Virus record (IMG/VR): IMGVR_UViG_3300013004_000041
Location: 1 to 64,000 of that record
Direction: 5' to 3' (one strand)
Length of the DNA stretch: 64,000 nucleotides
Source of the DNA: a virus
Part shown: one piece after another, positions 18,805-30,400 of the stretch
How positions within the stretch are numbered: the stretch's first letter is position 1
How the letters are laid out: the number at the start of each line of letters is the position of its first letter
Translations under genes and position numbers: made by a program
Notes under the pieces: model-generated
Told to the model about the DNA's origin: nothing
What the model saw: only the letters and a program-made list of their open reading frames with translations
The model's database searches: none

Positions 18805-21800
18805 TTATACCTCGCTTAAATACAAAACCATTTCTGGCCCTGAAGAATCCCTATTATATTCTATATGATAAACAACAAAGTTATTATTTTCTGATGAAAT
18901 AATGTCTTGTCCTTCTTCATCTTTATAAAAAATATTTACAATATCTCCCAATTGAATTATAGGATTGCTAAATATTTTTACACCAACACTTTTCCTTGGT
19001 CTTAATATTTTATTTATCATCCATCCCATCAAATCATTTGCATCATCATTTGACTGTATATATACTGGATCTAAAGAAAAATCTTTTTTACCATACGACA
19101 GTCTGCTAGTTTTAATTTTATCATAGTCAATAGATGACCTTATTGGAGAAACAATTGTACCGTCTTTATTAATTGCAGGATCAGAAAAATTACTATTCTT
19201 TGCAAAATAATTATCTACAGTTAATTGATCATTTGATTCTTGCGTAAATGTTATGCCCTGAATTCTTAAATAGTTACCACTTGTTTCATCTAAGTTTAAA
19301 GAAGTATCTGTTGAATTAAAAATTAAAAATTCTGCGCCATAGGAACCGCCTCTAAATCCAGAAACAACATATCCTTTAATTCTATTAAATACAGGAGACA
19401 GTTGAGAGTATAGCGCTGGATAAGCCTTGTCATATTTTGTTTTTATGTATGCTGCCTCACGCATTATCGTTCCAAACTCATCAAAATATATATTAAAGGA
19501 AGGTGGCTGGTTTGGACTGATTCCAGATAGGTATGTTGACTGAACTATACCAGACATAGCATATTTTCTAAAAGATTCATTTGCATTAATTTGTTCGTCT
19601 CCGAATGCTGCAGATACTGGGGTTGCTAAAGCAAAAGAGGTGTTTTGACTGTAGTTATTTGTAAGTGCATAGATATTTTCAAACATGCACTTTGAGCCAC
19701 CCCTTACAAATAAGGCGACATTGTTATATATTGGTAGAGGAGAGGTATCGTCAACAACCTTTACTAAGTTATTATTTATATACAAATAAAATCTTCTTGT
19801 AGATTGAATGTCTTGATATTCAACAGCAAGATCGTATACCGTTGGATTTTCTTCGCCTAACATTCTGGCCTGTCCAGTAAACTTTCCATCATCTACAATA
19901 ATGTTACTTAAACCACCCCAAAGTTTAATTGGTATAGCATTTCCATCACTGTCAGAATATATTTTATAAAAAATAATATTGTGCAAATTATCTACGTCAG
20001 AAGAATATTGACTTACATCCTTTTCTGTTAAGGCAATAATTTCAAAATAGTATCCTACATTTGTTGATGGATTCATCATAACTGCAATACCACCTGAACC
20101 TCCAGAAATATTTAACTGTTGGTTTGGTTGTGTTCCAGGCAAAACATAGTATGGTGTAGCATTTACTGGAGTCTGTTCTTTAGTTTCACTAATTTCTATC
20201 TTTCCAATAATTCTCATTCTAGTTCCAAAATGCTTATACTTATTGTCTAAAGGTTTATATTGATATGATAAGAATTCTAATGGTGACTCTGTTGTGCTAA
20301 ATGATGGCCCACTCATAACAAGTGCAGATGATTGCATAGACCCTGCTTGTGTAGATAGGTTTGTATTATTTTCAGATTCATTTAAATAAGAATAGGATAA
20401 GAAATTTTTTATAATTCCAGTTCTAATATTTTGTTTAGATCTTACATTATTTACTCCAGCAGCATTTGTAGAAAGTGGTAGAGTTGCAATTGCATCATTG
20501 GTATAAACATCTCCATTTGTTAATCCAAATAAATGTTTTGATTTCATGTTCATTCCACGTAAGAAGTTATCATCTTTCCAATGTTGTGGAAGTCCAGCAT
20601 TATGGTAAACAATTGGTGTGCCAAACTGTCCTCTACCATGTCTTGCTACTGCACCGTTTTTCATAACAGTAATTCCATTGATATCCTCATACTTCGGTTC
20701 TGAGTATATTCTTACTAGGCCAGTTGGGTATACCTTTCCATTGAACGGCAACTTAGACATATAGTCTTGATATTCTTGATTACTACTAATCCATACGTTT
20801 CCAATTGCGCCTACCGTGCTTGTGCTAAATGAAACTTGACCGTTAGATTCTTCTCTTGATATTATTTTTTCTGCACCAGGGATGTTATACTGAACTGCAT
20901 CAAATCTAATGATTTCTCCATTAGCATAAAAATATCCAGAATTTCTACCAAGCCAATATACTGCCTCACCTAAATCCATAACATTATTTGTTAATTGATT
21001 TCCGACAACAGTTGGTAGGGAATCAGAAAGATTAGAATTTAATGGTATTGCACTAAGGTTATAAGATGATTGACTAGAGACTTCTCCATTAATAGACCTT
21101 GAATTCTGATCGCCAGAAATTTCCCATAGTAATGCTGGCTTATATATCCAATTTTTTGCAGCAACTTGATTGTCAATCATAGATGCTTGTTTTATAGATC
21201 CATACGATCTTTGTATATATCTGTTACTATAATTAATAACGCCGTCGTTATATATATTTTTGTCAGAAGAAACTATTTCTTTAATGTTAGCAAGTTTATT
21301 AGAAGAGTTTTTATTTTCTATAGCACCCTCTTCAACAAAGTCATTTGATCCGTACAAAGTAAAAGAAGAGTCTCTGTTTTCTTTTGATGGAAGCATGTAG
21401 TTCTTGCTCATCATTACAAAATTATTATATTCATCAAAGAACATTGCTGTTTGAGTAGATATTGCTAAATCACTTAAAACATCTGTAATGCTTTTATCTG
21501 GCGCTATATAGAAAAATGGAATAATTAATTCTTTTTCACCGCTAACTCTTTTAAATGTATAATTTGAAAAACCTACAGAATCTAGCAATAGTGATACAGC
21601 ATAACTAAGAGATACATTTGTAACTAGCATTTCTGGAGCAGTTATAGACTCAAAATAAAAATATAAATCTCTTAAATTTAAATCAACCTTTTTATCTAAA
21701 TACGAATAAGTTGGAAAACCTTCAGAGTACATTGTTTTAATTGGAACAAAATAGTCATATCCATCTACATCTACTATGATGTCATAAAACTTAATCTGTA

Positions 21801-23214
21801 TATTATTTGATAAATAATCTTTAATTATACTGCTTGTATTGTTTTCATTAAAAGAATTATCATAATCGAAAACAGATAGAGTTCCAGTAGAGGCAAGCAA
21901 TTGTCCTACTGGCAATCCGCTATTACCTAAGTCTGAGGCTATTTTAGCAATATTAAAACTAACAACTTTTTCCGAAATATCTGAAACTAGTCTTGGAGAT
22001 AATTCAATTAAATCAAATGTAGAGTTTTCTTTATTCATTGTATCAACAACAACTCTAAGACCACGAATATAATCTATCTCACGATACATGGTGGATCCAT
22101 CTGACTCTGAAACAAATGATACTGGATTTGTAAAATCTGTAACAAAGTTTGTTAGCCTTGTTACAGTTTCTTCTTCAAGATACCAGCCGTATTCTGGTTT
22201 AAAAGTTTCATACTGATTATTAAACCAAATATGATATGTGCCTAAATCACCGTCATTTTCTTTAATTAAATAAGCATATCCGTTTATTGATTTTTCTGGA
22301 AGCCAATTAATGCTAGAGTATTCTTCTGCTTTTATAAAAACATCTTGATATTTTTGTGGTACTTTTAATCCATAGGCTAGTTCTACATATCCATCATTTT
22401 TAATAATAGCCGTTCCATCTAGTCTTCTTGAAGATTGATTAAAGTTAACTAAGTCAACCCAATTATTACCCTGCAAAGATTGTATCTTCCACTTTACGGG
22501 AGTTGTCTTATTGCTGTCACCGTATAGAGGGTCTGAGAAAGATCCTGAAGAATTAGAAAATGGTCCGAGGTCTATTGAGCCGACATTGGTCTGCATCTTT
22601 ACTACAACTCTATTTGCTGGAACAGGATTCTCATAAACAACAAAAGGAGAAGAATCATCAATGTAGTTTTGACCATTTACATATTTATTTGCAAGGCCTC
22701 TTAAATTTCCAGAGTCTGTTCTAAAAGATGTCCAGTATTTAAACTTATCACTCTTATCTGCCATATAATATCTTGGCCTATCAGCCATGTTTATATTTGA
22801 ATGATGTAGTTTTCTGCCAGGCAAGTACGCTGCTTTGTTGATGCCAGATCTTGGTCTAAATCTTTTAAAGCAATCTTCTAATGAATATAGCATACTATTT
22901 TTTTTATTATTTGGCAGTAAAAACCATGGCTCGTTGTTTGTTGTTGGGTCAATTCCTCCATCAACTAAAACATCTGCGTCTGTTGCTCCAGTGTAATAGT
23001 TTCCTAAGTCATTAACATCAAAAGTGTTTGGCAATATCTTATATTTAAAATTTGAATCATCTATATTGCTTGAAGCGGTTGGCCTATATCTATAGTTTCC
23101 TATTTTAAATATATTATTAGCAATGTTCATATTCCATTCAGCAATAACTGCTGTCTGTGTTTTAACTGTACTAGAGGACTCAAGGTGAGCCTTAAGTTCA
23201 TTATTTTGAAACAT
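18805..23214 (-). CDS. Large tail tip/hub protein
   Basis: 1469 aa downstream of tape measure and Dit-like gene; C-terminal NPIIQLGDIV hub-type motif. Confidence 0.7.
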   Translation of the reverse strand: MFQNNELKAHLESSSTVKTQTAVIAEWNMNIANNIFKIGNYRYRPTASSNIDDSNFKYKILPNTFDVNDLGNYYTGATDADVLVDGGIDPTTNNEPWFLLPNNKKNSMLYSLEDCFKRFRPRSGINKAAYLPGRKLHHSNINMADRPRYYMADKSDKFKYWTSFRTDSGNLRGLANKYVNGQNYIDDSSPFVVYENPVPANRVVVKMQTNVGSIDLGPFSNSSGSFSDPLYGDSNKTTPVKWKIQSLQGNNWVDLVNFNQSSRRLDGTAIIKNDGYVELAYGLKVPQKYQDVFIKAEEYSSINWLPEKSINGYAYLIKENDGDLGTYHIWFNNQYETFKPEYGWYLEEETVTRLTNFVTDFTNPVSFVSESDGSTMYREIDYIRGLRVVVDTMNKENSTFDLIELSPRLVSDISEKVVSFNIAKIASDLGNSGLPVGQLLASTGTLSVFDYDNSFNENNTSSIIKDYLSNNIQIKFYDIIVDVDGYDYFVPIKTMYSEGFPTYSYLDKKVDLNLRDLYFYFESITAPEMLVTNVSLSYAVSLLLDSVGFSNYTFKRVSGEKELIIPFFYIAPDKSITDVLSDLAISTQTAMFFDEYNNFVMMSKNYMLPSKENRDSSFTLYGSNDFVEEGAIENKNSSNKLANIKEIVSSDKNIYNDGVINYSNRYIQRSYGSIKQASMIDNQVAAKNWIYKPALLWEISGDQNSRSINGEVSSQSSYNLSAIPLNSNLSDSLPTVVGNQLTNNVMDLGEAVYWLGRNSGYFYANGEIIRFDAVQYNIPGAEKIISREESNGQVSFSTSTVGAIGNVWISSNQEYQDYMSKLPFNGKVYPTGLVRIYSEPKYEDINGITVMKNGAVARHGRGQFGTPIVYHNAGLPQHWKDDNFLRGMNMKSKHLFGLTNGDVYTNDAIATLPLSTNAAGVNNVRSKQNIRTGIIKNFLSYSYLNESENNTNLSTQAGSMQSSALVMSGPSFSTTESPLEFLSYQYKPLDNKYKHFGTRMRIIGKIEISETKEQTPVNATPYYVLPGTQPNQQLNISGGSGGIAVMMNPSTNVGYYFEIIALTEKDVSQYSSDVDNLHNIIFYKIYSDSDGNAIPIKLWGGLSNIIVDDGKFTGQARMLGEENPTVYDLAVEYQDIQSTRRFYLYINNNLVKVVDDTSPLPIYNNVALFVRGGSKCMFENIYALTNNYSQNTSFALATPVSAAFGDEQINANESFRKYAMSGIVQSTYLSGISPNQPPSFNIYFDEFGTIMREAAYIKTKYDKAYPALYSQLSPVFNRIKGYVVSGFRGGSYGAEFLIFNSTDTSLNLDETSGNYLRIQGITFTQESNDQLTVDNYFAKNSNFSDPAINKDGTIVSPIRSSIDYDKIKTSRLSYGKKDFSLDPVYIQSNDDANDLMGWMINKILRPRKSVGVKIFSNPIIQLGDIVNIFYKDEEGQDIISSENNNFVVYHIEYNRDSSGPEMVLYLSEV

Positions 23215-23870
23215 TATACCTCTTCCAAGGTAACGTTAATATTCCAAAAGTCAAAATTGCTGCCGCCTCTTTTTACTACAGAATAGTTAAAATCTGAAAA
23301 ATACATTTGTATTAATTGACTATATTGCGCTAAGTGGGTATAGGCGTTATCATCTTTTCCAAAGTTAGAATATTTATCATAAGATAAATAGACCCAAAAA
23401 GGACCTTGATGATTTTCGTACCAATCTAATAATTCTACTCCACCAGCCCCTCCGTCTGTAGTATATTGTAGGTCTGGTCCAGAAGAACTACCATATACAT
23501 TGTGCGGAGAAATACCTGTGCTTGGGTTAAAATCTGGTAATGAAAAATATGATCTTGATGGAAGCATTTGCCAGGATGTGCCTATTGTTAACTTATCTGC
23601 AATATGATGTGATCTCATGCGACCATTAATCATTCTCTCTCTTGTTTCTATCCTTGTTGGCGTGAAATCTATTGGGCTTCGGTTATCATCGGACAAAATT
23701 AAAAATTGATCATATTGAGATTCATCTGTTTCTGTTCCTGGATTTTGTCCAACCTCTAAACCATTTGGAACATATAACCCATCGATCAATGTTCCAGAGT
23801 TATCTGACCATAGCATAGCCTGTGGTCTTTGATATTTTTTACGTCCAAGCATATAGTTAGAAGTTGACAT
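23214..23870 (-). CDS. Distal-tail-like minor tail protein
   Basis: RMINGRMRS..IADK, WNINVTLEEV; immediately after the tape measure. Confidence 0.65.
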   Translation of the reverse strand: MSTSNYMLGRKKYQRPQAMLWSDNSGTLIDGLYVPNGLEVGQNPGTETDESQYDQFLILSDDNRSPIDFTPTRIETRERMINGRMRSHHIADKLTIGTSWQMLPSRSYFSLPDFNPSTGISPHNVYGSSSGPDLQYTTDGGAGGVELLDWYENHQGPFWVYLSYDKYSNFGKDDNAYTHLAQYSQLIQMYFSDFNYSVVKRGGSNFDFWNINVTLEEV

Positions 23871-26800
23871 TATAATCTAGTACCCCCAAGTTTTCTAGAA
23901 TCTACCTGCTTAATATGTGACATAACTGCTCGTGCAATTTCGTCTGGATTAGCATCAGATTTAACATTTACGTTAATACTATAATTATACACTGACTCTC
24001 CTACTGAATCCCCATTGTTTATTGCTTTTAATTTGTCTACCCCGTGATTTTGAACAGCATATCTACTCATAACAAATTCTCCAGGAGTTAGCATTGCAGG
24101 AACTATATCTGTTCCAAGCGCCATTCCTCCAGAGGCTAAATATTTTGCAATTAGGCCACCTTTATTTTCATAGCCCCAATCACCCATAAATCCTCTTTTT
24201 CTGTTTCGGGCTTCTTCTTCTGCTGCCTTGGCTGCTGCTGCTGCTGCCGCTGCTGCTGCTGCTTCTGCGTCTGCTTTTTCTTTAGCAGCCTTAGCAAGTG
24301 CATCAAGATGTCCATCTTCACCACTTTGATTGATAGGAACACATTGGCCACTTGCGTTTTTAACAAAACCTGTAGGGCAAGTATTAGTATTATTATTTTT
24401 GTTGTTATTGTTGTTATTGTTGTTATTGTTGTTATTGTTATTATTATTGTTGCTGTTATTGTTTCCAGAACTTCCATTATCAATGGTTGTAATATATCTT
24501 GTAATATATTCAGTAATATTTCTAATTTCATCAATAATTTGTTTTGTTGTAACGCTTTCTGGAATAGCCTTAATAGTATCTAAGATACTTTGCCAAGAGG
24601 CGTCCGCTGCTGCTGCTGATGCTTCCGCTGCTGCTAATGATATGGCATAATCTTCTGCTAATTTTTCAATATCTATTAACTTATCTACTGTTTCTTCCCA
24701 CTTCTCTAAAGTCATTCCAGTACTATCGTCAAGCGCAATTGCCTCATCTACAATAGACTGCAGATATGCTTCTTGAGATTCTAACTCTAAATCTTGCGCT
24801 TCTAATGTAGCCAAAATTTTATCCTGGTTTTCTAATTCAAGTTTTACCCTATCTAATTTTGCCTGAGCATCTGCGATAGCCTTTTCATTTAAAATTCTGG
24901 CCTTATCTAATTCAACAACTCTTTCTTTTTCAAGTCTGGTTATTTCTTTTTGTGCAGCCTCTATTTGCTTTTCAAGTTCAAGTCTCTTAGGATCATTTTC
25001 TAATTTATATATTGCTTGAGTTATTTGGAACTGTCTTTCAGTTATCTGCTCTCTTGTTAATCCACTTTCAGCACCACGTAAGTTACCAAGTTCTCGTTGA
25101 CGTGCTTGCTCTATACTTGACATCTGAGCATTTAACATAAACTCTGATGAAGAGGCTCTCATCTCTTGCGCTGCACGTGCTGCTGCTGCGATATCTCCTT
25201 GAGATAAAGCATCTGCCAAACCTAATTGCTGCTTCTGACTATTAGCAATTTCTGAATTAATATCGCTAACCTTTTGTAATGCTTCTACCTGCTTATCATA
25301 TTTTGTATTAATCTTTTCAGCAAGATTATCCATAATAGCAAGATCATTGCTTAACTTTCCGCTTTCTTTGTTTAGTGCAGATACCTTATCTTCAAACTCT
25401 GACTTAATTTGTTCTTCAAGAGAATCAATCTTGTCTCTTTGGGTTTTTACTAAGTCGTCATATTTCTTGTCTACTGAATCTAAAGCCTTTTCTAAATTGT
25501 CTTGTGCAGCAGTTAACTCATTTTGTGCAGCAGTATATCTTCCCTGTATCTCTCTTGTTTTTAATTGAACAGCCTGCATTCTCTTTGCAAGTTCTTCTCT
25601 TTCTTTCTTTACACCCGTTAAAGTTTTTCCTGCAATACCCACTGGAACTCCTGGACCTCCTGGAGCATTAAATCTAGCATTTACTCTTTCTTGTGCTAAT
25701 TTGCCTACCTGAGTTATTTTTCCAGTCAAAGGATTAGTTACTGATTGACCGCCAATTTCTCCTACAGTCATATTGTTATAGGCAACTCTTTTTGCTGCAA
25801 GAACTCTTTGCGCTGCCTGCATGCCTGCTTGAGCCTTTTCAGATAAATTCTTAGTAGCAAAGTCAATTGCTATCTTTATATTAGAGTTTGCTTTAATTGC
25901 GTTTAAGCCGTCAACTATTTCTTTTAATCTTTCAGCAGCACCTGCTGCTCCATTCTTGTAATCTTGCATTGCTGCAATTGCTGCAGCAAGTTGTGTTGGG
26001 TCTCCTATAAGGTCTAGCATTGCTCCTGATGATAATTTAAGTCCTCCACCTGCTAACTCTTGGAAGAACTTAATAACATCTGGAACCTGTTTAATATTTG
26101 CCTGCTGTTGAAGAGCGTCTCTTCCACTCTGAATTAATCCATTAATTCTTTCTCTAATTGATACCTGCTTTGCAAGACTAGCGTTTGTATTTAATTCTTC
26201 TTTAGTAATTTGTCCAATTGCTATTTGCTGCGTCATATATTCGTCTTCAAGTATTCTTTGAATAGTTAAGTTGTCATACCCAGCAGCAATTAGTTTTCTA
26301 TAAGCCTGCTCTTGATAGTTAATATTATTTAAAGATTTTTGCTGTGCAACATTGAAATCCCCAACTATTGCTGCATCTAGCCCTTGCTCATATTTCTTTG
26401 CATTAGGACTTAGAACTACCTGGCCTGGCTTAATGCCCTTTTCTTTTTTGCCAGTAAACGGATTAACATTTTTCTTAGTTGCAGTCTTAACCCATTTTGC
26501 TTGTTCTTTTGGATCCATACCAGTTATCCAGTCAATGAACTGCTTGTTAGCCTTCATCCCCATTAACTGTTGCTCTAATCCATCAAACTTATTCTTTACT
26601 GCCTTATCTCCACTTTTAGCCAATGCCTTATTAAGTTCTGCAATTCCTCCTGCAGCATTAATGGCAGCATTTCTTACATTCTTTAATCTTGACAATACCC
26701 ATTCATAAGGATCTTCTTTAGTACCTCCGCCACCAGCGCCAGTACCAGGACCTGAATTCTTTGACTCAATAGCATTCTTTACGGCTTGAGGAACTAGGTC

Positions 26801-27415
26801 TCCAGCAATAGCCCCGACATCGTAAATTGGCTTACCCTTTTTATCGTATCCAGTAATATACTGAGATCTTACGGCATCGGCAATATGTGAAGGAAGCCCC
26901 TTTGTTTTTTCTGCTACAAATGATGATGCCTCAGCATCTCCAATAGTTTTATAAATGCTTATATATTCTTGAACAACTGTCTTCTTGACTTCATCTGGCA
27001 GGTTTGCATATTTATCCCAAATATCAATTAGTCCTTGCATAGGAGGCATGTCTGGATCTGTTTTTTGCAAATCAATTAAAGTTGTCTTGGTTAATTTCTT
27101 TGGAAACTTTTCAACTTTACTTAAGAGTGTTGCAAGTTTTTGTAGTGCTTGTAATGGGCTTCCGCCTTCTGGAGTATTGTTTTTAATGAAAGCATTAATA
27201 TTAATTTCTTTGCCATCCATTGTATTTAATAAGTTAAGGACGCTTTGATATTCTTTTAATTCTTTAGGGTCTATACCAGCAGCATCAACTAATATAGTTT
27301 TCTTTATTGATGGATCCAAGCCTCCTAGTGAATTGACTAACTCTGTTACAGATCCTGGATCGTGAATTTTTGTCAATAAATCAAATGTTTTTTCAAATGT
27401 TTCTTCGTCCAGCAA
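23870..27415 (-). CDS. Tape measure protein, C-terminal part (+1 frame relative to upstream part)
   Basis: Long coiled coils, GTDIVPAMLTPGEFV motif and NYSINVNV terminus typical of TMP ends. Confidence 0.8.
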   Translation of the reverse strand: MLDEETFEKTFDLLTKIHDPGSVTELVNSLGGLDPSIKKTILVDAAGIDPKELKEYQSVLNLLNTMDGKEININAFIKNNTPEGGSPLQALQKLATLLSKVEKFPKKLTKTTLIDLQKTDPDMPPMQGLIDIWDKYANLPDEVKKTVVQEYISIYKTIGDAEASSFVAEKTKGLPSHIADAVRSQYITGYDKKGKPIYDVGAIAGDLVPQAVKNAIESKNSGPGTGAGGGGTKEDPYEWVLSRLKNVRNAAINAAGGIAELNKALAKSGDKAVKNKFDGLEQQLMGMKANKQFIDWITGMDPKEQAKWVKTATKKNVNPFTGKKEKGIKPGQVVLSPNAKKYEQGLDAAIVGDFNVAQQKSLNNINYQEQAYRKLIAAGYDNLTIQRILEDEYMTQQIAIGQITKEELNTNASLAKQVSIRERINGLIQSGRDALQQQANIKQVPDVIKFFQELAGGGLKLSSGAMLDLIGDPTQLAAAIAAMQDYKNGAAGAAERLKEIVDGLNAIKANSNIKIAIDFATKNLSEKAQAGMQAAQRVLAAKRVAYNNMTVGEIGGQSVTNPLTGKITQVGKLAQERVNARFNAPGGPGVPVGIAGKTLTGVKKEREELAKRMQAVQLKTREIQGRYTAAQNELTAAQDNLEKALDSVDKKYDDLVKTQRDKIDSLEEQIKSEFEDKVSALNKESGKLSNDLAIMDNLAEKINTKYDKQVEALQKVSDINSEIANSQKQQLGLADALSQGDIAAAARAAQEMRASSSEFMLNAQMSSIEQARQRELGNLRGAESGLTREQITERQFQITQAIYKLENDPKRLELEKQIEAAQKEITRLEKERVVELDKARILNEKAIADAQAKLDRVKLELENQDKILATLEAQDLELESQEAYLQSIVDEAIALDDSTGMTLEKWEETVDKLIDIEKLAEDYAISLAAAEASAAAADASWQSILDTIKAIPESVTTKQIIDEIRNITEYITRYITTIDNGSSGNNNSNNNNNNNNNNNNNNNNNKNNNTNTCPTGFVKNASGQCVPINQSGEDGHLDALAKAAKEKADAEAAAAAAAAAAAKAAEEEARNRKRGFMGDWGYENKGGLIAKYLASGGMALGTDIVPAMLTPGEFVMSRYAVQNHGVDKLKAINNGDSVGESVYNYSINVNVKSDANPDEIARAVMSHIKQVDSRKLGGTRL
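24385..24462. repeat. (TTG/TTA)n microsatellite encoding a poly-Asn linker in the TMP
   Basis: gttgttattgttgttatt... run; translates to GNNNSNNNNNN...KNNNTN. Confidence 0.9.
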
Positions 27416-30400
27416 AACTCTCCATTAACTTTAATGCTGTTGCTGGAGGCATTTGCCCAGCAGCAACAATTGTATTTATCTTAACTTCTAACTCTTTACT
27501 CTTTAAATCTGCTGTACCCTCTAGGAATGGATCTAGGAATGCCTCTTGTGAAGTCCCCTTATATTTTGTCCTTACTTGAGACTTTAAAGAATCAAAGAAT
27601 GCATCTTCTGTTAAATTACTTCCTTGTGCTTGCTTAAATAAATCCATTTGATCTTTTAATAATTTTTCATTATTTGCAACAAGAACTCTTTGACCATCTG
27701 CTCTTTTTGTTTCAAGATCAAGTATTTTTGTTTCTAGTTCTACTTGCTTTGATTTATCAGTTGTTGCTTCCTTTTGCTTCTTTAATGATTCAATTTGCTT
27801 ATCGTAATACAAATTAAATGAATCTAGTTGTGCTTGATTTAACTCAAGATTTTGAACAGACATAGCGGCACCTGCTGCTATAAGTTTTTTATCTCCTACA
27901 AAAGAATCTCCCTTAATAAAGGCATTCTTAACAATATCTTGAAATAGTCCTCTTCCTTCTTCAACAATCTTTAACCTTGTTTCAAGAGGATTGTTTATTA
28001 AATCTTCTCCATTTGGACCAACAAGATTTACAATCTTTCCGTTAATGTCCATCGCAAGAGTCATGTCTTCCATATTAATTCCAATTGCTCTTGCAATACT
28101 CTTTGCTTGCTCTACTGTTAATATTCCATCAGAAATATAAGCAGATAATTCTAACGCTAATTTCTTTACAGCAGCGTCTCCTGCAGTTGCAAAATCTTTA
28201 GTAAAGGAGTCAAGCATTCCCTTGCCAACTTCGCTTTCTAAGAATGTAGTTCCAAACTGCTGCTTTCCTCTTTCAAATCCAGTTGTATATTTATCAGAAA
28301 AGGCATTTGATCTTCTTCTTCCCATGATTTCTGAAGCGCCAACTTTATTTGTTATGGCTCCAATCTTTGCCATTTTTTCTGTTGTTGCTGTCACGGAATC
28401 TACATATGAAGATTGAGATTCAGCAGCCTTTTTTGCTGCTCTATCAAGTAAGTACATTCCTCCAACAACAGCAGTTATTCCTGTTGCAGCCCAACCTGCA
28501 GGACCCATACCAGCAAGCATAGGGGCCATTCCAGCGACTGCAGAGGCTCCCATAAGGCCCATTCCCATGCCTTGGTTGCCTGCCATCATGGCAGCCATAC
28601 CAGCCGTTCCTAGAGCCATTGAAGCCCCTCCAGACCACCTTCCAACCTTTTCTTGACGTGCTATTTTTGTTTCATTTCTTAATTTTTTCTTTGCTTCTTT
28701 TGCTTCTTGTTTAGCAAGTCTTTCATTTATTCTGTCTCGTTCAATTTTTGATTGCCTTCTTTGTTCGGCCTTTTCTGCATCTTTAATTGATTTTCTATGA
28801 ATATTTTCTTCTTCCTTTTGTCTTGCTAATTCTCTCTTTGCTGCTTTTTCAGCAGCCTCAGCCTCTCTTCTTTTTGCATCTATCTCTCGCTTTTGAATCT
28901 TTCTTAATGTCTTGTCAATTTCTTCTTGAGAAAATCCTTTACGACGCATTTCAACTGCTGCTTCTCCCATTTTTTTGGTAGGGTTTACAATTCTTGCTCG
29001 TGGATCTCCTTGGTCTCTACCACCCATAACCAGAGTACGACCAGCGGCTCTAGCCTGTTGTGCGGTTACAACTCTTTGTGTTGGAGTTTCCGTTGCTACT
29101 CTTCGGTCTGTTGCTTTACCAGTATCTGCAACAGCGCCCTTAGGCTTTGCTCCTGTATTTGCTGAAGTCAGTTTTGTAATTTGTCCAGTTTCAGTATCGA
29201 GCATATATTCTTTATTAGGATTTACCAAAACATTTTGAGTTCCTGTTTTACCAGTTCCTAAATCAAATTGCGGTCTCCATTGTTTGTAATATCCAGTTCC
29301 TAGTCTATCGTCAATTAATTGCGCTACCGCTCTAGACTGTCTAACTTCTCCAAGATTTGGAAATCCTGTTGGTTTTTTGCTTTGAGAATTTAAGAAATCT
29401 TCAGAAATAATATCTAACTGTGCTGCTGCACGAACTAGTTTAACTTGAGCCTCAGTTGTTGGATGACCTTGGCTAGACATAAAGTTTGCTGCAGATCTAA
29501 ATTCTTTAATTTGATCTGGAGTTAATCTTAATGGATTATTATTTTTTGCATTCCAGTCAAGTATGCTTGCAGATCTTTTGCCAGTATTCATGTAGTTATT
29601 TAATAGTCTTACGTCAAATAATGCAGTTCCTTTAAGCCATTTTTCAGCGCCTCTTCCAGACTCTCCAGTCTTTGCAATGTGAGACAATTCTGGCCTTAAG
29701 GCTTGTGCAATTTGCTTGTCTGTATATCCTAACCCCTTCATTGATTCTTTTAAAGAACCAAGTGGATCATTTTTTCCAGACATTGCATTTGCTGCTTTAA
29801 ATTCTTTTTCTTGTAAATCTAAAGTCTTGTATAGTAATGATCCCTTAGGTATTGCATTTCTCCATCCACCACTTGCTTTTCCTGTTGGACTCATATCAAA
29901 GCGTAATTTAGAAACATTCATCTTTTTAGGGTTGGTAAATTCTCCACCCTTAGTTACTGCTCCTAATCTATAAAGAACATTCTTCCTTACTTCATCGTAT
30001 GTTTTACCAGCACTCGTTACATTGGCACCAGCGTCAATAGATTTTTTATCATAATATAATCCATCTTTATAAACTAATTCATCATTTACATATTTAAATA
30101 AATCATGCTGTGATATATTTGATGGAGTTATTCCCTTTTTATTTAATAAGCCAGTCACAATATCATATTGCTTAGGGTTTGAGTTTTTTAAACCTTCTAT
30201 TTCTGTAACTGCGTCTTTGCCTAATCTTTGTACAAGAGCGTCTATTTGATTTTTTGATTGTGGGGCAGATTTTAATTCATCAAAAGTTCCCAAGCCAAAT
30301 TTCTTTAATTGTTTTTCTACAGCAGAAGCATTAGCGTCATCATTAACACCTTTTATTAACTTTGATACTCCTTCTCCAGCCCTGGCATGAATTGCTTGGA

